The notes beneath the pieces are model-generated. The model saw only the letters and a program-made list of their open reading frames with translations, did not search any database and was not told where the DNA came from. From contig OY762911.1 of NCBI GenBank assembly GCA_963666565.1, positions 960,001 to 1,024,000 on the forward strand: a stretch of DNA of 64,000 nucleotides, given 5' to 3'. The position numbers and the translations under genes were made by a program. This DNA is from Thermoanaerobaculia bacterium. GTDB lineage: Bacteria; Acidobacteriota; Thermoanaerobaculia; Multivoradales; Multivoraceae. This document shows, in pieces, positions 38,343-47,766 of the stretch (the first letter of the stretch is position 1; each line of letters opens with the position of its first letter).

Positions 38343-39092
38343 GTGAAGATTCTCGTCATCGCCGACGTCCACGGGAACGCCGAGGCGCTCTCGGCGGTGC
38401 TGGAGAAGGAGCGGGACATCGACGCGACGGTCTTCCTCGGCGACACCGTGCTCTCCGGCCCGCAGCCGAACGAGACGATGGCGCTGCTCGCGAGCCTCGA
38501 CGGGGTGTTGATCGAGGGCAACCACGACGTGGAGATGTTCGAGCCGGAGCGGTTCGAAGTCTGGCCGGCGCCGTGGCGGGCCTACACGAAGTGGATCCTC
38601 GACACGCTGGCGCCGGCGGGCTGGGAGCTGCTTCGCGGCCTGCAGCCGGAGGGGGCGTACGAGGTCGGCGGCCAGCGGGTCTTCCTGCACCACGGCGTGT
38701 TGCCCGACGAACCGCGGCAGGCGCTGCCGGACACGGCGGACGATCGGCTGGCCGCGCTGGCCGGGGGCACGGACTGCCCGGTGGTGCTCTTCGGCCACTC
38801 GCACATCCAGTTCCGGCGCACGATCGAGGGCCAGGAGTTCATCAACCCCGGCAGCGTCGGCCAGCCGCGCTGCGGCCGGCGGGTGGCCTGCTACGGGCTG
38901 ATCGAGGACGGCGTGTTCCGTCACCGCCAGGTGGAGTACGACCCGGGTCCGTGGCTCGCGGCGCTCGACGGCATCCGGCCGCTCGACGGGTTTCCCGAGT
39001 TTCGGGAGTGGCTGAAGAAGGCGTTGCTCAGCGGCTACGGCATCGGCGAGCGGGAACCGTGGACGCGGTTTGCGCGGGAGGGCTACGTGTAG
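38343..39092 (+). CDS. Metallophosphoesterase
   Basis: DVHGN, GD, GNHD, GHSH, NPGSVGQP. Confidence 0.92.
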   Translation: MKILVIADVHGNAEALSAVLEKERDIDATVFLGDTVLSGPQPNETMALLASLDGVLIEGNHDVEMFEPERFEVWPAPWRAYTKWILDTLAPAGWELLRGLQPEGAYEVGGQRVFLHHGVLPDEPRQALPDTADDRLAALAGGTDCPVVLFGHSHIQFRRTIEGQEFINPGSVGQPRCGRRVACYGLIEDGVFRHRQVEYDPGPWLAALDGIRPLDGFPEFREWLKKALLSGYGIGEREPWTRFAREGYV

Positions 39093-39100
39093 CGGAATTG

Positions 39101-39179
39101 CTGGGTGTGGGGCCGCCTGCGGCGGCAGCGGGTCGGAAGACCCGCGCACCGACCCGCGCACCGACCCGCGCAACCCAGT
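39101..39179 (-). repeat. REP-like element subtype A with a triplicated 12-bp end
   Basis: GACCCGCGCACC x3 (third copy imperfect). Confidence 0.9.
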
Positions 39180-39183
39180 GCGG

Positions 39184-39954
39184 TCAGAGCTCTTCGACGG
39201 CGATGGCCCGGACCCAGGTCGCTTCCAGCCGCTCGACGTTGAGCGGCATGCCGATGTAGAAGGCGCGGTCCTTCTTCAGCTTCTCGACGTTCACGAGCGG
39301 GTAGCAGACCGGGATGTTGTTGCCCAGCATGTTGCGGTGGGTCGGCGAGTTGTGGGGCTGCGGCGCCTGGAAGTCCGACTCGAAGCGGACGCCCGGGTAG
39401 CCGACGGCCAGCAGCTTGATTCCCGTGTCGGCGAGCCACTTGCTCGTTTCGGCCGGCAGGGTCGGCTGCTCGTTGTCGCGGAACGGGCTGCCGAGGATGA
39501 CGATGTCGCCCTTGCGGACGTTGGAGAGATGCTCGGGCCGGATCGGTTGGCCGACCTTGACCAGTTCGCCTTCCTCGTTCTCCTGCTCGACGGGCTCGAG
39601 TCGGTCGAGGTAGCACACCGCGGCCGGGCCGAAGAACGTGTCGAGGGGCATCTCCCACAGGCCGAGGATGCCGTCCGGCAGACCCTCCCAGTGGTCCATG
39701 TGACCCTTGCCGCCTTCGGTGTGGGATCCACCGCAGTGGCCGCTGACCCGTCCGGGCGGCCAGTAGGAGTCGCCCTCCTTGCCGCCGATCAGCGTGTAGA
39801 GGGTGTCGTCGTAGGGGACGCGCCCTTCTTCGAGGATCCACGGAAGCCCGAAGACGTCCTTGTTCCCCTCCTCGACGGTGCCGTCGAGCCGGGTGATGCG
39901 CCCGACCATCCGCGGGCTGAGGTCCACCACGTTGTGTCCTGCAAAGTCGATCAT
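39184..39954 (-). CDS. Cyclase-family protein (divergent)
   Basis: VVDLS, HCGGSHTE...H, PLDTFFGPA, H..MLGNNI, VRAIA. Confidence 0.75.
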   Translation of the reverse strand: MIDFAGHNVVDLSPRMVGRITRLDGTVEEGNKDVFGLPWILEEGRVPYDDTLYTLIGGKEGDSYWPPGRVSGHCGGSHTEGGKGHMDHWEGLPDGILGLWEMPLDTFFGPAAVCYLDRLEPVEQENEEGELVKVGQPIRPEHLSNVRKGDIVILGSPFRDNEQPTLPAETSKWLADTGIKLLAVGYPGVRFESDFQAPQPHNSPTHRNMLGNNIPVCYPLVNVEKLKKDRAFYIGMPLNVERLEATWVRAIAVEEL

Positions 39955-40045
39955 CGTCTCGGTTCTCCTCTTGTGACCGGAACTGCCGCCGGGGCAGGGC
40001 GACGAACGCCTACTGCCGCCCGCCCGCTCGGTCTGACCCCCGGAT

Positions 40046-41110
40046 TCAGTCTTCCGTTCCGCCTTCCATGTCCGCCGACCACTCGCCGAGAGTGGCCAGA
40101 CCGTTCATGCGGGCCCGGTGGCGCAGTGCCTCTTGTCCGCTCGATTCGTCCGTCTTGCCGTCCCAGGCCTCGACCGGGGCGCGGCCGATGGCGCGGCCGA
40201 ACGAGAAGCTGAGCGCCCAGGGCGCGTGACAGCTCCCGGCACGATGCGCGGGCCGGTCCCGGGCCGCCAGCCGGTTCATCGCGTCGAGGTGGGCCGTCCC
40301 GTCCAGGTCCGACTGGCCGCCGGACAGGAAGCCGATCCCGGGCAGGGCCGGCGGTACGACCCGGCGCAGGCAGCGGAGCGTCTCCCGCGCCACGGCGTCC
40401 ACGCCGGCCTGATCGGGACAGTCGCTGCCCGAGACGACCATGTTCGTCTTCAGCACGATCTCCTCGGGCGCGACGCCGTGCTCGTACAGGGCTTCGAACG
40501 TGCGGTGCAGGAAGCGCTCGGTGACCTCGAACTGACGTTCGATCGTGTGCTCGCCCTTCATCTCGACCTCGGGCTCGACGATCGGGACGAGGTCGAACTG
40601 GTGCGCGAGCGCCGCGACCTCGGCGACGCTGCGGGCGTTCGAGACGAGCGCGCGCTCGGTGGGAAGGCCCGGGCGTACCCGCGCCGCCACCCGCCACTTG
40701 ATGAAGGCCGCGCCGCGCTCGCGCCAGTCTTCGAGCCGCTTCGCCAGTCCGTCGAGGCCGCGGGGCACGTATTCGTGCTTGGAGCCTCCGAGCATCTGCC
40801 AGCCGGTTGTCGGCGTGATGCCGAGCAGCACGCCGCGTTCGGCGATGAGCTCGACCAGCGGAGTGCCGTCGCCGGCCCGGCGGTCGAGCACGTCGGGGAA
40901 GACGATGATGCTCGACAGGTGCTCGCCGAGCCCGGGGGTGCGGCAGATCATCTCCTGGAAGTCGGCCGCCGCGTCCTCGTTGCGGGCGTGGGCCGACTCG
41001 CCCCACCAGCCGCGCACCAGGCCCTTGAGCGGCACGTCGGCGGCGAAGATGCCCTTGCCGGGGGCGACCATCCGTCGCGCGGTGGCGGCCAGGGTCGATT
41101 CGCGCGTCAT
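40046..41110 (-). CDS. Class I (eukaryote-type) aldolase, divergent
   Basis: GKGIFAAD, KWR, PIVEPEV, LKTNMV, FLSGGQS, SFSFGRA. Confidence 0.88.
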   Translation of the reverse strand: MTRESTLAATARRMVAPGKGIFAADVPLKGLVRGWWGESAHARNEDAAADFQEMICRTPGLGEHLSSIIVFPDVLDRRAGDGTPLVELIAERGVLLGITPTTGWQMLGGSKHEYVPRGLDGLAKRLEDWRERGAAFIKWRVAARVRPGLPTERALVSNARSVAEVAALAHQFDLVPIVEPEVEMKGEHTIERQFEVTERFLHRTFEALYEHGVAPEEIVLKTNMVVSGSDCPDQAGVDAVARETLRCLRRVVPPALPGIGFLSGGQSDLDGTAHLDAMNRLAARDRPAHRAGSCHAPWALSFSFGRAIGRAPVEAWDGKTDESSGQEALRHRARMNGLATLGEWSADMEGGTED

Positions 41111-42096
41111 GCGCCGGCTCCGTTCGCCTTCGGCGACGTCGCGTCTGAACGACCGGAGGCCGTCGCTTCGCTCCGGCTGCCGGCGGGGCCGCCGGCGCAC
41201 CCGGTCTGTGCCGCCGCCAGTCTTGCGCGGTAGAACTCGAGCCCCTCGCGGGCCGCTTGGTCGAGGTCGCGGCCGCCCGTCATGTCGCGCCACACCGCGA
41301 GCAGGTTGCCGACGCCGCCGCCGGTGTGGACGATCGGCTCCATCACGGTGTCGCGGTCGTAGTCGATCTCGTGGAGCGCGGCCGCCACCTCGTCCCAGGG
41401 GATGTGGCCCCGGCCGGGCGGACGGCGGTTGTTCTCGCCGATGTGGAAGGTGCCGAGCCGGTCGCCGGCGCGGACGATCGCGTCTCCCAGCGAGTCCTCC
41501 TCGATGTTCATGTGGTACGTGTCGAGCATCATCTTCAGGTTCGGGCTGCCGACCTCGTCGAGGAAGCGCAGCGCTTCGTCGCAGGTGTTGACCAGGAAGT
41601 GCTCGAAGCGGTTCAGCACCTCGATGTGGAAGGTCACGCCGAGATCCTCGGCGGTCTTCGTCGCCTCCCGCATGGCGCCGACGGCGTGCGCCCAGCAGCG
41701 CTCCTTGTCGCGGCCGTCGAGGCCCTGGCGCATGACGCCGGTGATCGCGCCGCCGACGTCCGCGCCGCCGCCGCCCGCCATCCGCTGCATCTCGCTCGCC
41801 TTTTCGGCGAGCGCGCGCAGGTGCGCGACGCCGCGGCGCCGGTCCTCTTCCGAGTCGGAGTTGATGTCCTGCTTCGGGCCGAGCCCCGCCATGTAGTTGA
41901 TCCCGATCCCGTGCTCGGAGGCGGCGCCGAGGAAGCGCTTCTTCCGCTCCGGCGTGTACAGGAAGAGCACGTCCTGGGAGAAGGACATCAGGTCGAAGCC
42001 GATCGCCGCGGCCCGGGCCATCCGGCGTTCGTACTCCTCGATGTCCTCCATCCACTCGTTGCCCCAGTAGTTGAAGGTGATTCCGATCCTGCCCAT
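41107..42096 (-). CDS. D-psicose/D-tagatose 3-epimerase-like protein
   Basis: EVLNRFE, DTYHMNIEE, HIGENNRRPPG, MEP. Confidence 0.88.
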   Translation of the reverse strand: MGRIGITFNYWGNEWMEDIEEYERRMARAAAIGFDLMSFSQDVLFLYTPERKKRFLGAASEHGIGINYMAGLGPKQDINSDSEEDRRRGVAHLRALAEKASEMQRMAGGGGADVGGAITGVMRQGLDGRDKERCWAHAVGAMREATKTAEDLGVTFHIEVLNRFEHFLVNTCDEALRFLDEVGSPNLKMMLDTYHMNIEEDSLGDAIVRAGDRLGTFHIGENNRRPPGRGHIPWDEVAAALHEIDYDRDTVMEPIVHTGGGVGNLLAVWRDMTGGRDLDQAAREGLEFYRARLAAAQTGCAGGPAGSRSEATASGRSDATSPKANGAGA

Positions 42097-42156
42097 GTTC
42101 TCTCCCGGAGTTCGTTCATTCAGGCCGCGGTGGCCGCAGGCCGACGCCGCTGGACG

Positions 42157-42232
42157 GTCGCCGCTTCGGGGCGCGCTTCTCCCGGAAGCCGGCGAGGGCG
42201 CCGGCTGCGGGTCGGAAGACCCGCGCACCCGG
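42157..42232 (-). repeat. REP-like element subtype A
   Basis: Core at 42207-42230. Confidence 0.88.
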
Positions 42233-42270
42233 CGGAGGGCCTGCGCAGCCGGTTACCGAGGCGCACGCTC

Positions 42271-43251
42271 CTAGCCCCCACCGGACGGTTGCGCGGCCAT
42301 CAGTGCCTCGACTTCTTCCATCGACGGGATCCCCTTGCGGTTTCCCAGCACGGTGCAGTGCAGGGCCGCGACCGCCGACGAGAACGAGGCGCAGCGCTCG
42401 AGATCCCAGCCCCTGGCGAGCCCGACGAGGTAGGCGCCGTGGAACGTGTCGCCGGCGCCCGTCGTGTCGACGACGTCGACGTCGAACGCGGGCGTGTGGA
42501 ACTCGACGTCGCGCGCCGCAAGTCCGTGCGCCCCGGTTCTGCGGGCGCCGGTTCCGCGGGCAACCGTGTAGCTGCCGCGCGCGCCCTCCGTCTGCACCAC
42601 CACGCGCGGTCCGAGTTCCAGGGCGGCGCGGCCCGCCCGCCGCACGTCTTCCTCGCCCGTGAGCATCGGCGCGAAGCCGGCGCCGCAGATCAGCACGTCG
42701 GTCTCGGCCACGAGCGCGCGCGCCGGTTCGAGGACCTTGTGGCTGGTGGCGGCGGCGTCCAGCACGACCGTGCCGCCCGCCTCCTTCATCCAGCGCGCCG
42801 CGGCAAGGGCCGCCTCGGCGTGGCTGCCGTCGAGGTGGAGGATCCGCGCCGACTCGACGTACTCCCGGTCGAGATCGCCGGCGGCGAGAGGCCGCGAGAG
42901 GAAGCCCCGCCGGAACGAGAACACCCGCTCGCCCGTCGCGGCGTCGACGTAGACGACGACCACGTGGTCCTCCGGCCCCTCGCGCGGCACGAGCCGGCTG
43001 GTGTCGACGCCGGCCCGCTCCAGCGACCGCCGCCGGTGCTCGCCCAGGTCGTCGTCGCCCACGGTGTCGACGAAGCCGGTGCGGAGCCCGAACGTCGAGG
43101 CGACGAAGCATGCCGTGCCGGCGGGCCCGCCGTCGGCGAGCGCGAAGTCGAGCAGACCGCGCGGATCCTCCCAGACCGGCATGCGCTCGACCCGCAGCAC
43201 GACGTCGACGATGGCAAGGCCAAGGCCCACGACGTCGAGGCGGGCGTCCAA
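42271..43251 (-). CDS. PfkB-family carbohydrate kinase
   Basis: GGPA, VGDD..G, DTTGAGDTFHG. Confidence 0.92.
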   Translation of the reverse strand: MDARLDVVGLGLAIVDVVLRVERMPVWEDPRGLLDFALADGGPAGTACFVASTFGLRTGFVDTVGDDDLGEHRRRSLERAGVDTSRLVPREGPEDHVVVVYVDAATGERVFSFRRGFLSRPLAAGDLDREYVESARILHLDGSHAEAALAAARWMKEAGGTVVLDAAATSHKVLEPARALVAETDVLICGAGFAPMLTGEEDVRRAGRAALELGPRVVVQTEGARGSYTVARGTGARRTGAHGLAARDVEFHTPAFDVDVVDTTGAGDTFHGAYLVGLARGWDLERCASFSSAVAALHCTVLGNRKGIPSMEEVEALMAAQPSGGG

Positions 43252-43263
43252 GGTCTGGCGGCG

Positions 43264-43995
43264 CTACCCGGCGCGCCGGGAACGCGCCTCAACCGAGGCG
43301 AACTCGCGTTCCAGACGGCGGAGTTCCTTCTCGACGCGCGGTCGAACCTCGGGCGCGGCGAAGGCGAGCAGGGCAACGTAGAAGCCGCAGAGGCTCTTCA
43401 GCCGGTAGACCTCGTCGTCGAGGATGCCGAAGGCCCACTGGTCGAGGGCGAGTTCCCAGCCGACGTAGAGCTGCGTCTCGAGGAATGGCTGGCCGACCGA
43501 AGTCTCCAGTTGTCCGCGGGCGAGAGCGTCGCCGACGGCCGTGTGGATTCTTCCCTTCAGCGACCTGAGGCGTTCGCCTTCGTCCTGTTGGACCAGCCGC
43601 GCCCAGTGGCCGGTGCTGAAGTCGGCCACGATGAGCGGCCGCAGCAGGTCGCCGTTGTCGATCATGTACTTGAGGAGGCCCTCCATGGCTCTGCCCGCCC
43701 GCCGCAGCGGATCGCGGGCGGTGCGGACGTCGGGGGCCGGCTCGTCGAGGCGCTGGACCGAGTCCCGGATCAGCGCCTGCAGGATCTCCTCGCGGGAACC
43801 GAGCAGGTTGTAGAGCGTGGTGACGCTCAGGCCGGCGACGCGGGCCAGCTTGCGCATCGAGAGCCCCTCCGGGCCGGACTCCTTGAGAAGGGTGCGGGCG
43901 GAGTCCAGGATGCGCTGCCGCCGGGCCGCGACGTTCGCTTCGCGCCGGCTCATCTTTCCGCCGGCCTCGGCGCTCTTGGCTTCGACGTTCGACAT
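43264..43995 (-). CDS. TetR-family transcriptional regulator
   Basis: ILDSA...LSMRKLARVAGLSVTTLYN HTH. Confidence 0.92.
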   Translation of the reverse strand: MSNVEAKSAEAGGKMSRREANVAARRQRILDSARTLLKESGPEGLSMRKLARVAGLSVTTLYNLLGSREEILQALIRDSVQRLDEPAPDVRTARDPLRRAGRAMEGLLKYMIDNGDLLRPLIVADFSTGHWARLVQQDEGERLRSLKGRIHTAVGDALARGQLETSVGQPFLETQLYVGWELALDQWAFGILDDEVYRLKSLCGFYVALLAFAAPEVRPRVEKELRRLEREFASVEARSRRAG

Positions 43996-44079
43996 CGGTT
44001 GGGGCGTTGTTCCAGGGATGATACGCGGCGCCACCGAGGCCGGCCGGGTCATCGACGGGCTGCGGGCTGGCGGCCGCCC

Positions 44080-44102
44080 GAAACATGTTACATTGTTCCA
44101 AG
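44080..44102. promoter_or_regulatory. Putative TetR operator, copy 1
   Basis: GAAACATGTTACATTGTTCCAAG, an imperfect palindrome between tetR and the divergent gene. Confidence 0.7.
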
Positions 44103-44152
44103 TTCGACGGCGTGGGCCGCCGGGACGGGAAAGGAAGCGAGGGGGAACGAGC

Positions 44153-44788
44153 GTGGCCGATATCGACGTAGCCGAACTGAAGCCGGTCGGGGAGTTCGGC
44201 TCGAAGGCCTGGTGCGAGGCGTGCGCCCGCTACGGCGTTCAACTCCTCGAAGACGGCGACCTTCCGGCGGACACCGCGTGGGGTTTCACCGAGATCTACA
44301 CCCACGCGCCGGCGCGGTTGCTCGAAGGCGGCCGGGAGATGTCGGCGTACTTCCTCATGGTGAAGGACGGCAAGGTCAGCGGCGGCGACGGCGCCCCCGA
44401 GGAATGCAAGGCGCTGCCGGGCTTCCACATCGCGATGCCGTGGGCCTCGATCTGCAACCAGTCGGGCACGAAGTACGGCCGCGAGGGTCAGATGCGGCGG
44501 TCGGCCCAGGAAAAGGTCATGTTCCAGCAGATCGAGGAGTACGTCGGGCGGCCGAACCCGCTCGGCCTGGGCGGCGGTCCGAAGCACGTGTGGCCCCGCG
44601 AGGTCGGCATGGCGCTGGGCAAGGGCATGGAGGAAGGCGGCGGACTGCACAACATCGCGGCGAGCCTGCAGAATCCGTCGCCCGAGTTCGCGGACTTTCC
44701 GACGACCGACATGGCCGTGCCGGACTTCGAGGCGATGACCGAGGCGCAGAAGCGGCGCTTCCTGGAACTCCTCGCCGTCGACGTCTGA
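44153..44788 (+). CDS. Hypothetical protein divergent from tetR
   Basis: GAGGGGG RBS, GTG start, typical codon bias; WCEACA motif. Confidence 0.75.
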   Translation: MADIDVAELKPVGEFGSKAWCEACARYGVQLLEDGDLPADTAWGFTEIYTHAPARLLEGGREMSAYFLMVKDGKVSGGDGAPEECKALPGFHIAMPWASICNQSGTKYGREGQMRRSAQEKVMFQQIEEYVGRPNPLGLGGGPKHVWPREVGMALGKGMEEGGGLHNIAASLQNPSPEFADFPTTDMAVPDFEAMTEAQKRRFLELLAVDV

Positions 44789-44791
44789 ACC

Positions 44792-44905
44792 GGGTGCGCG
44801 GGTCTTCTGACCCGCTTCCGGAGGAAGGCGGACGCCGGCCGAAGGCCGGCGACGATTCTGGACGCCGCCTGCGGCGGCAGCGGGTCAGAAGACCCGCGCA
44901 CCCAG
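44792..44905. repeat. REPIN-like doublet between convergent genes
   Basis: Inverted subtype A cores, both with TTCT loop. Confidence 0.9.
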
Positions 44906-44912
44906 CGGGGCG

Positions 44913-47576
44913 CTACCTGTCGTCGAGGGCGAAGCGCACTGCGGTCCTGTAGGTGGACCCAACCGGCTCGCCGTTCTCGATCGCCGGCCGGAAGACTGCT
45001 CGTCTCATTGCCGCGACGGCGTTCTCCGTGAGGCCGTGGGGCAACCGTTCGAGCTCCTCGACATGCACGACGCAACCTTCCTTGTCGATGGTGACGCCGA
45101 GGCCGACAACGCCCTCGACGCCGGCTTGCATCGCTTCTTCGGTGTACTCGTGCGCGACCCGGAAGATCGTCTCGCCGGGTTCGCGGCCAGAGTTCGGGCC
45201 ACCGCCCGTCGCCAAGTCGTCGCCGTCGTCCGGTGCCGAGTCGTCGCCGTCGCCGGTCGCCGGCTCGGCGCCCGCTTGCGGCGCCGCGGCGCCCCGTGCG
45301 TGACACACCAGGATCCGCGCCCGGTCCGGGATCGGACCTTCCGGCGAGATGGCCAGGATGCTCCTGGCCTCGGCCACGCCTTCTTCGGACCGGGCTGAAT
45401 CGACCAGCAGCCTGGCGAGGCTGTAACGCGGCGCCACGGACGCCTCGTCGTCCATCACCGCGATCACGCGGCGGAACGCCTCCTCCGCGTCCAGTACGTC
45501 CTGCTCGGTGCGGTCGGACTTGTCGAAGAGGGCCACGCCGAGCGCGTTGTACGCCCGCGCCCGCAGGCGGATGTCGTCGGTCAGCTCCAGCGCGCGGCGC
45601 GCGGCGCTGGCCATTTGGCCGAGTTCGGAACGCTGGTAGTGGGCCGCCGCCTCGGCGAGCCACCGTTCGGCCGTGTCCGGCAGGGGCGGCGCGTCGCCTG
45701 CCGTGCCGGCGGTCAGCGGCTCGGCAGGCCGCGCCTCGGCAGTGCGCGGCGGCTCGGCCGGTGCGGCCGGGGCGTTTCCGGCGTCCAGGTCGAACGTGGC
45801 GACGGACGTCGCGGCGGAGAGGTCGTCGCGCACGCCGATGGCGACGCGATGCGGCCCCGGCGCGGTCACCACGTCGACCGCGAACGGCCACGAGAGCTCC
45901 CGGGCGTCCTCGATCTCGCCCTCCTTGACCAGGACGGGAACGGGATGTTCCGTCACCTCGGAAACGCGTCCCTCGCCGTCGATCACCTGGACCCACAGCC
46001 GCACCCGGGCCTCGTGGCCGTCGCCGGCCGGGGCGAGAGTCAGCGGCCCGATCGGGATGGCGACCAGCATCCTCGACTGGATGTCGCCGCTGTCGAGGAG
46101 GGCCTCGCCGCCCGGGCCGCGGACCGGCGCGATCCGGACCCCCATCGGGTTGGCGGCCTCTTCCATCGAGAGGGCCGCCAGCGTCAGGTCGGCCATCTCG
46201 GCCGATACGGACTTGTCGACATAGCTGTCGCGGTGGCGAATCGAGAGGCGTCCGCGGTAGCGCCGCCTTGCCTCGTCGGTCAGTTCGATCTCGATCCGGT
46301 GGGTGCTTCCCCGGTCGGCGTGGGTCGGCGAGTAGCCGAGCGAGTAGCGGTTCTGCAGGTCGCTCGCGATGCGGTCGAACCCGCCCGCGAAGTTGCGTGT
46401 GTTGACGATCGCCCGGCCGCCGGTGCGGTCGGCCAGGCGGAGCAGCGGCTCCTCGAGATTGTTGGCGCGCGTGAACTCGATGCTGGTGGAGAAACGGAGG
46501 TCCGCGGTGTTCATGCCGCTGACGCGCGCGCCGGCGGCGGCGACGCTGTGGAAGGTCACGCCGTTGGCGTTGGCGAGCGAGGCGAGCTCGTCGAATCGCC
46601 GGGAGAGGTCGTACTGGTAGGCCTCCAGGGAGGCGTTCGCGGCGTCGATGCTTCTTGGGTCGCTATACAGATCGACGTCCGGCAAGGGCGACTGGTTGGC
46701 GACGCGCCACCGTCCGCGCCGATCGTCGAACCTCTCCTCGAGCGCCCGGAACAGATCCTCCGCCGGCCGCATGGGCAGGCCGTTGCTGATGTACAGGATG
46801 GCCTTGCGCCCCGGCAGGCCCGCCATCGTCCGGATGGCGTTCTCCAGGTTCACGACCGAGGCGTCGACCTCGCTTCTGATCATTGCGGCGAAGTCGCGGA
46901 TCAGTTCCATCGCCGCGCTGTAGCGGGGCGGAAACTGGTCGTCCTGGTTGAGTTCGCGGAGGATGTCCAGGCGCTGCGATTCGATGCGGTCGCGGCTGCC
47001 GACGACCCTCGCGACCTCGTGGGTCGCCTCGGCGACGCGCCAGGCCTCGGTGGTGAAGGGGAGCGCGACCTCGAACCGGCCCGAATCGTGGACGGCGAGC
47101 ATCGCGCGGTCGTACGGGCTGAGCTGGACGCTCAGGAAGTTGCGCAGGAAGGGCAGCAGCCGATTGCGGTCCGTCGGCGTCAGGTTGTTGTTGTCGACGT
47201 AGACCATCAGGCTCAGCCGGTGTTCCGGCGGCGGCGGCTCGGCGGGGACGAAGCGGTCCAGGTCGCTCTGCCGGGGCCGGCGGTCCCGGAAGGCGGTTGT
47301 CGCCTGTTCCCGCGCGGTCGCGTCGAGGCCGTCGGTGAACTCGTAGAAGTTCGAGAGCTCCACCGGGCGGCCGTCTTCCCGCACCTCGAAGTCGCCGGCG
47401 GTCAGGCCGGTGACCGGGTTGCCGTCGCGGTCGGTTACCCAGACGTCGACGTTGACGACGCGGACGTCGATCGTTTCGCCGAAGGTCTCGGGCGCGGGCT
47501 CGGGCTGTGCCTGGGCGGCGCCGTTCGCGGAGCAGAACAGCAGGAAGAGCGCGGCTGGGGCGGCGGGACGGTTCAT
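44913..47576 (-). CDS. Acidobacterial VWA-domain protein fused to TPR and TonB-C domains
   Basis: FGETIDVRVVNVDVWVTD...GLT..DF...EDG, LPGRKAILYISNG, LADRTGG, YSLGY; C-terminal YTEEA....VEG.V...F.PA..NG.PV. Confidence 0.85.
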   Translation of the reverse strand: MNRPAAPAALFLLFCSANGAAQAQPEPAPETFGETIDVRVVNVDVWVTDRDGNPVTGLTAGDFEVREDGRPVELSNFYEFTDGLDATAREQATTAFRDRRPRQSDLDRFVPAEPPPPEHRLSLMVYVDNNNLTPTDRNRLLPFLRNFLSVQLSPYDRAMLAVHDSGRFEVALPFTTEAWRVAEATHEVARVVGSRDRIESQRLDILRELNQDDQFPPRYSAAMELIRDFAAMIRSEVDASVVNLENAIRTMAGLPGRKAILYISNGLPMRPAEDLFRALEERFDDRRGRWRVANQSPLPDVDLYSDPRSIDAANASLEAYQYDLSRRFDELASLANANGVTFHSVAAAGARVSGMNTADLRFSTSIEFTRANNLEEPLLRLADRTGGRAIVNTRNFAGGFDRIASDLQNRYSLGYSPTHADRGSTHRIEIELTDEARRRYRGRLSIRHRDSYVDKSVSAEMADLTLAALSMEEAANPMGVRIAPVRGPGGEALLDSGDIQSRMLVAIPIGPLTLAPAGDGHEARVRLWVQVIDGEGRVSEVTEHPVPVLVKEGEIEDARELSWPFAVDVVTAPGPHRVAIGVRDDLSAATSVATFDLDAGNAPAAPAEPPRTAEARPAEPLTAGTAGDAPPLPDTAERWLAEAAAHYQRSELGQMASAARRALELTDDIRLRARAYNALGVALFDKSDRTEQDVLDAEEAFRRVIAVMDDEASVAPRYSLARLLVDSARSEEGVAEARSILAISPEGPIPDRARILVCHARGAAAPQAGAEPATGDGDDSAPDDGDDLATGGGPNSGREPGETIFRVAHEYTEEAMQAGVEGVVGLGVTIDKEGCVVHVEELERLPHGLTENAVAAMRRAVFRPAIENGEPVGSTYRTAVRFALDDR

Positions 47577-47593
47577 CCTCGGCAAGCGTATCG

Positions 47594-47761
47594 CTGGGTG
47601 CCGGGACCGGGTGCGCGGGTCTTCCGACCCGCATGCCGCCGAAGGCGGCCGGAAGAATCGTCGCCGGCCTTCGGCCGGCGGCCTTGTTCTCCGGGCTGCG
47701 CCGCTCCGCGGCGCCGCCGGATGCGGGTCGGAAGACCCGCGCACCCAGTCCCCGCACCCGG
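47594..47761. repeat. REPIN-like doublet with duplicated heads on both sides
   Basis: Cores at ~47609 (+) and ~47723 (-); flanks CTGGGTGCCGGGAC / GTCCCCGCACCCGG. Confidence 0.9.
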
Positions 47762-47766
47762 CGGTC

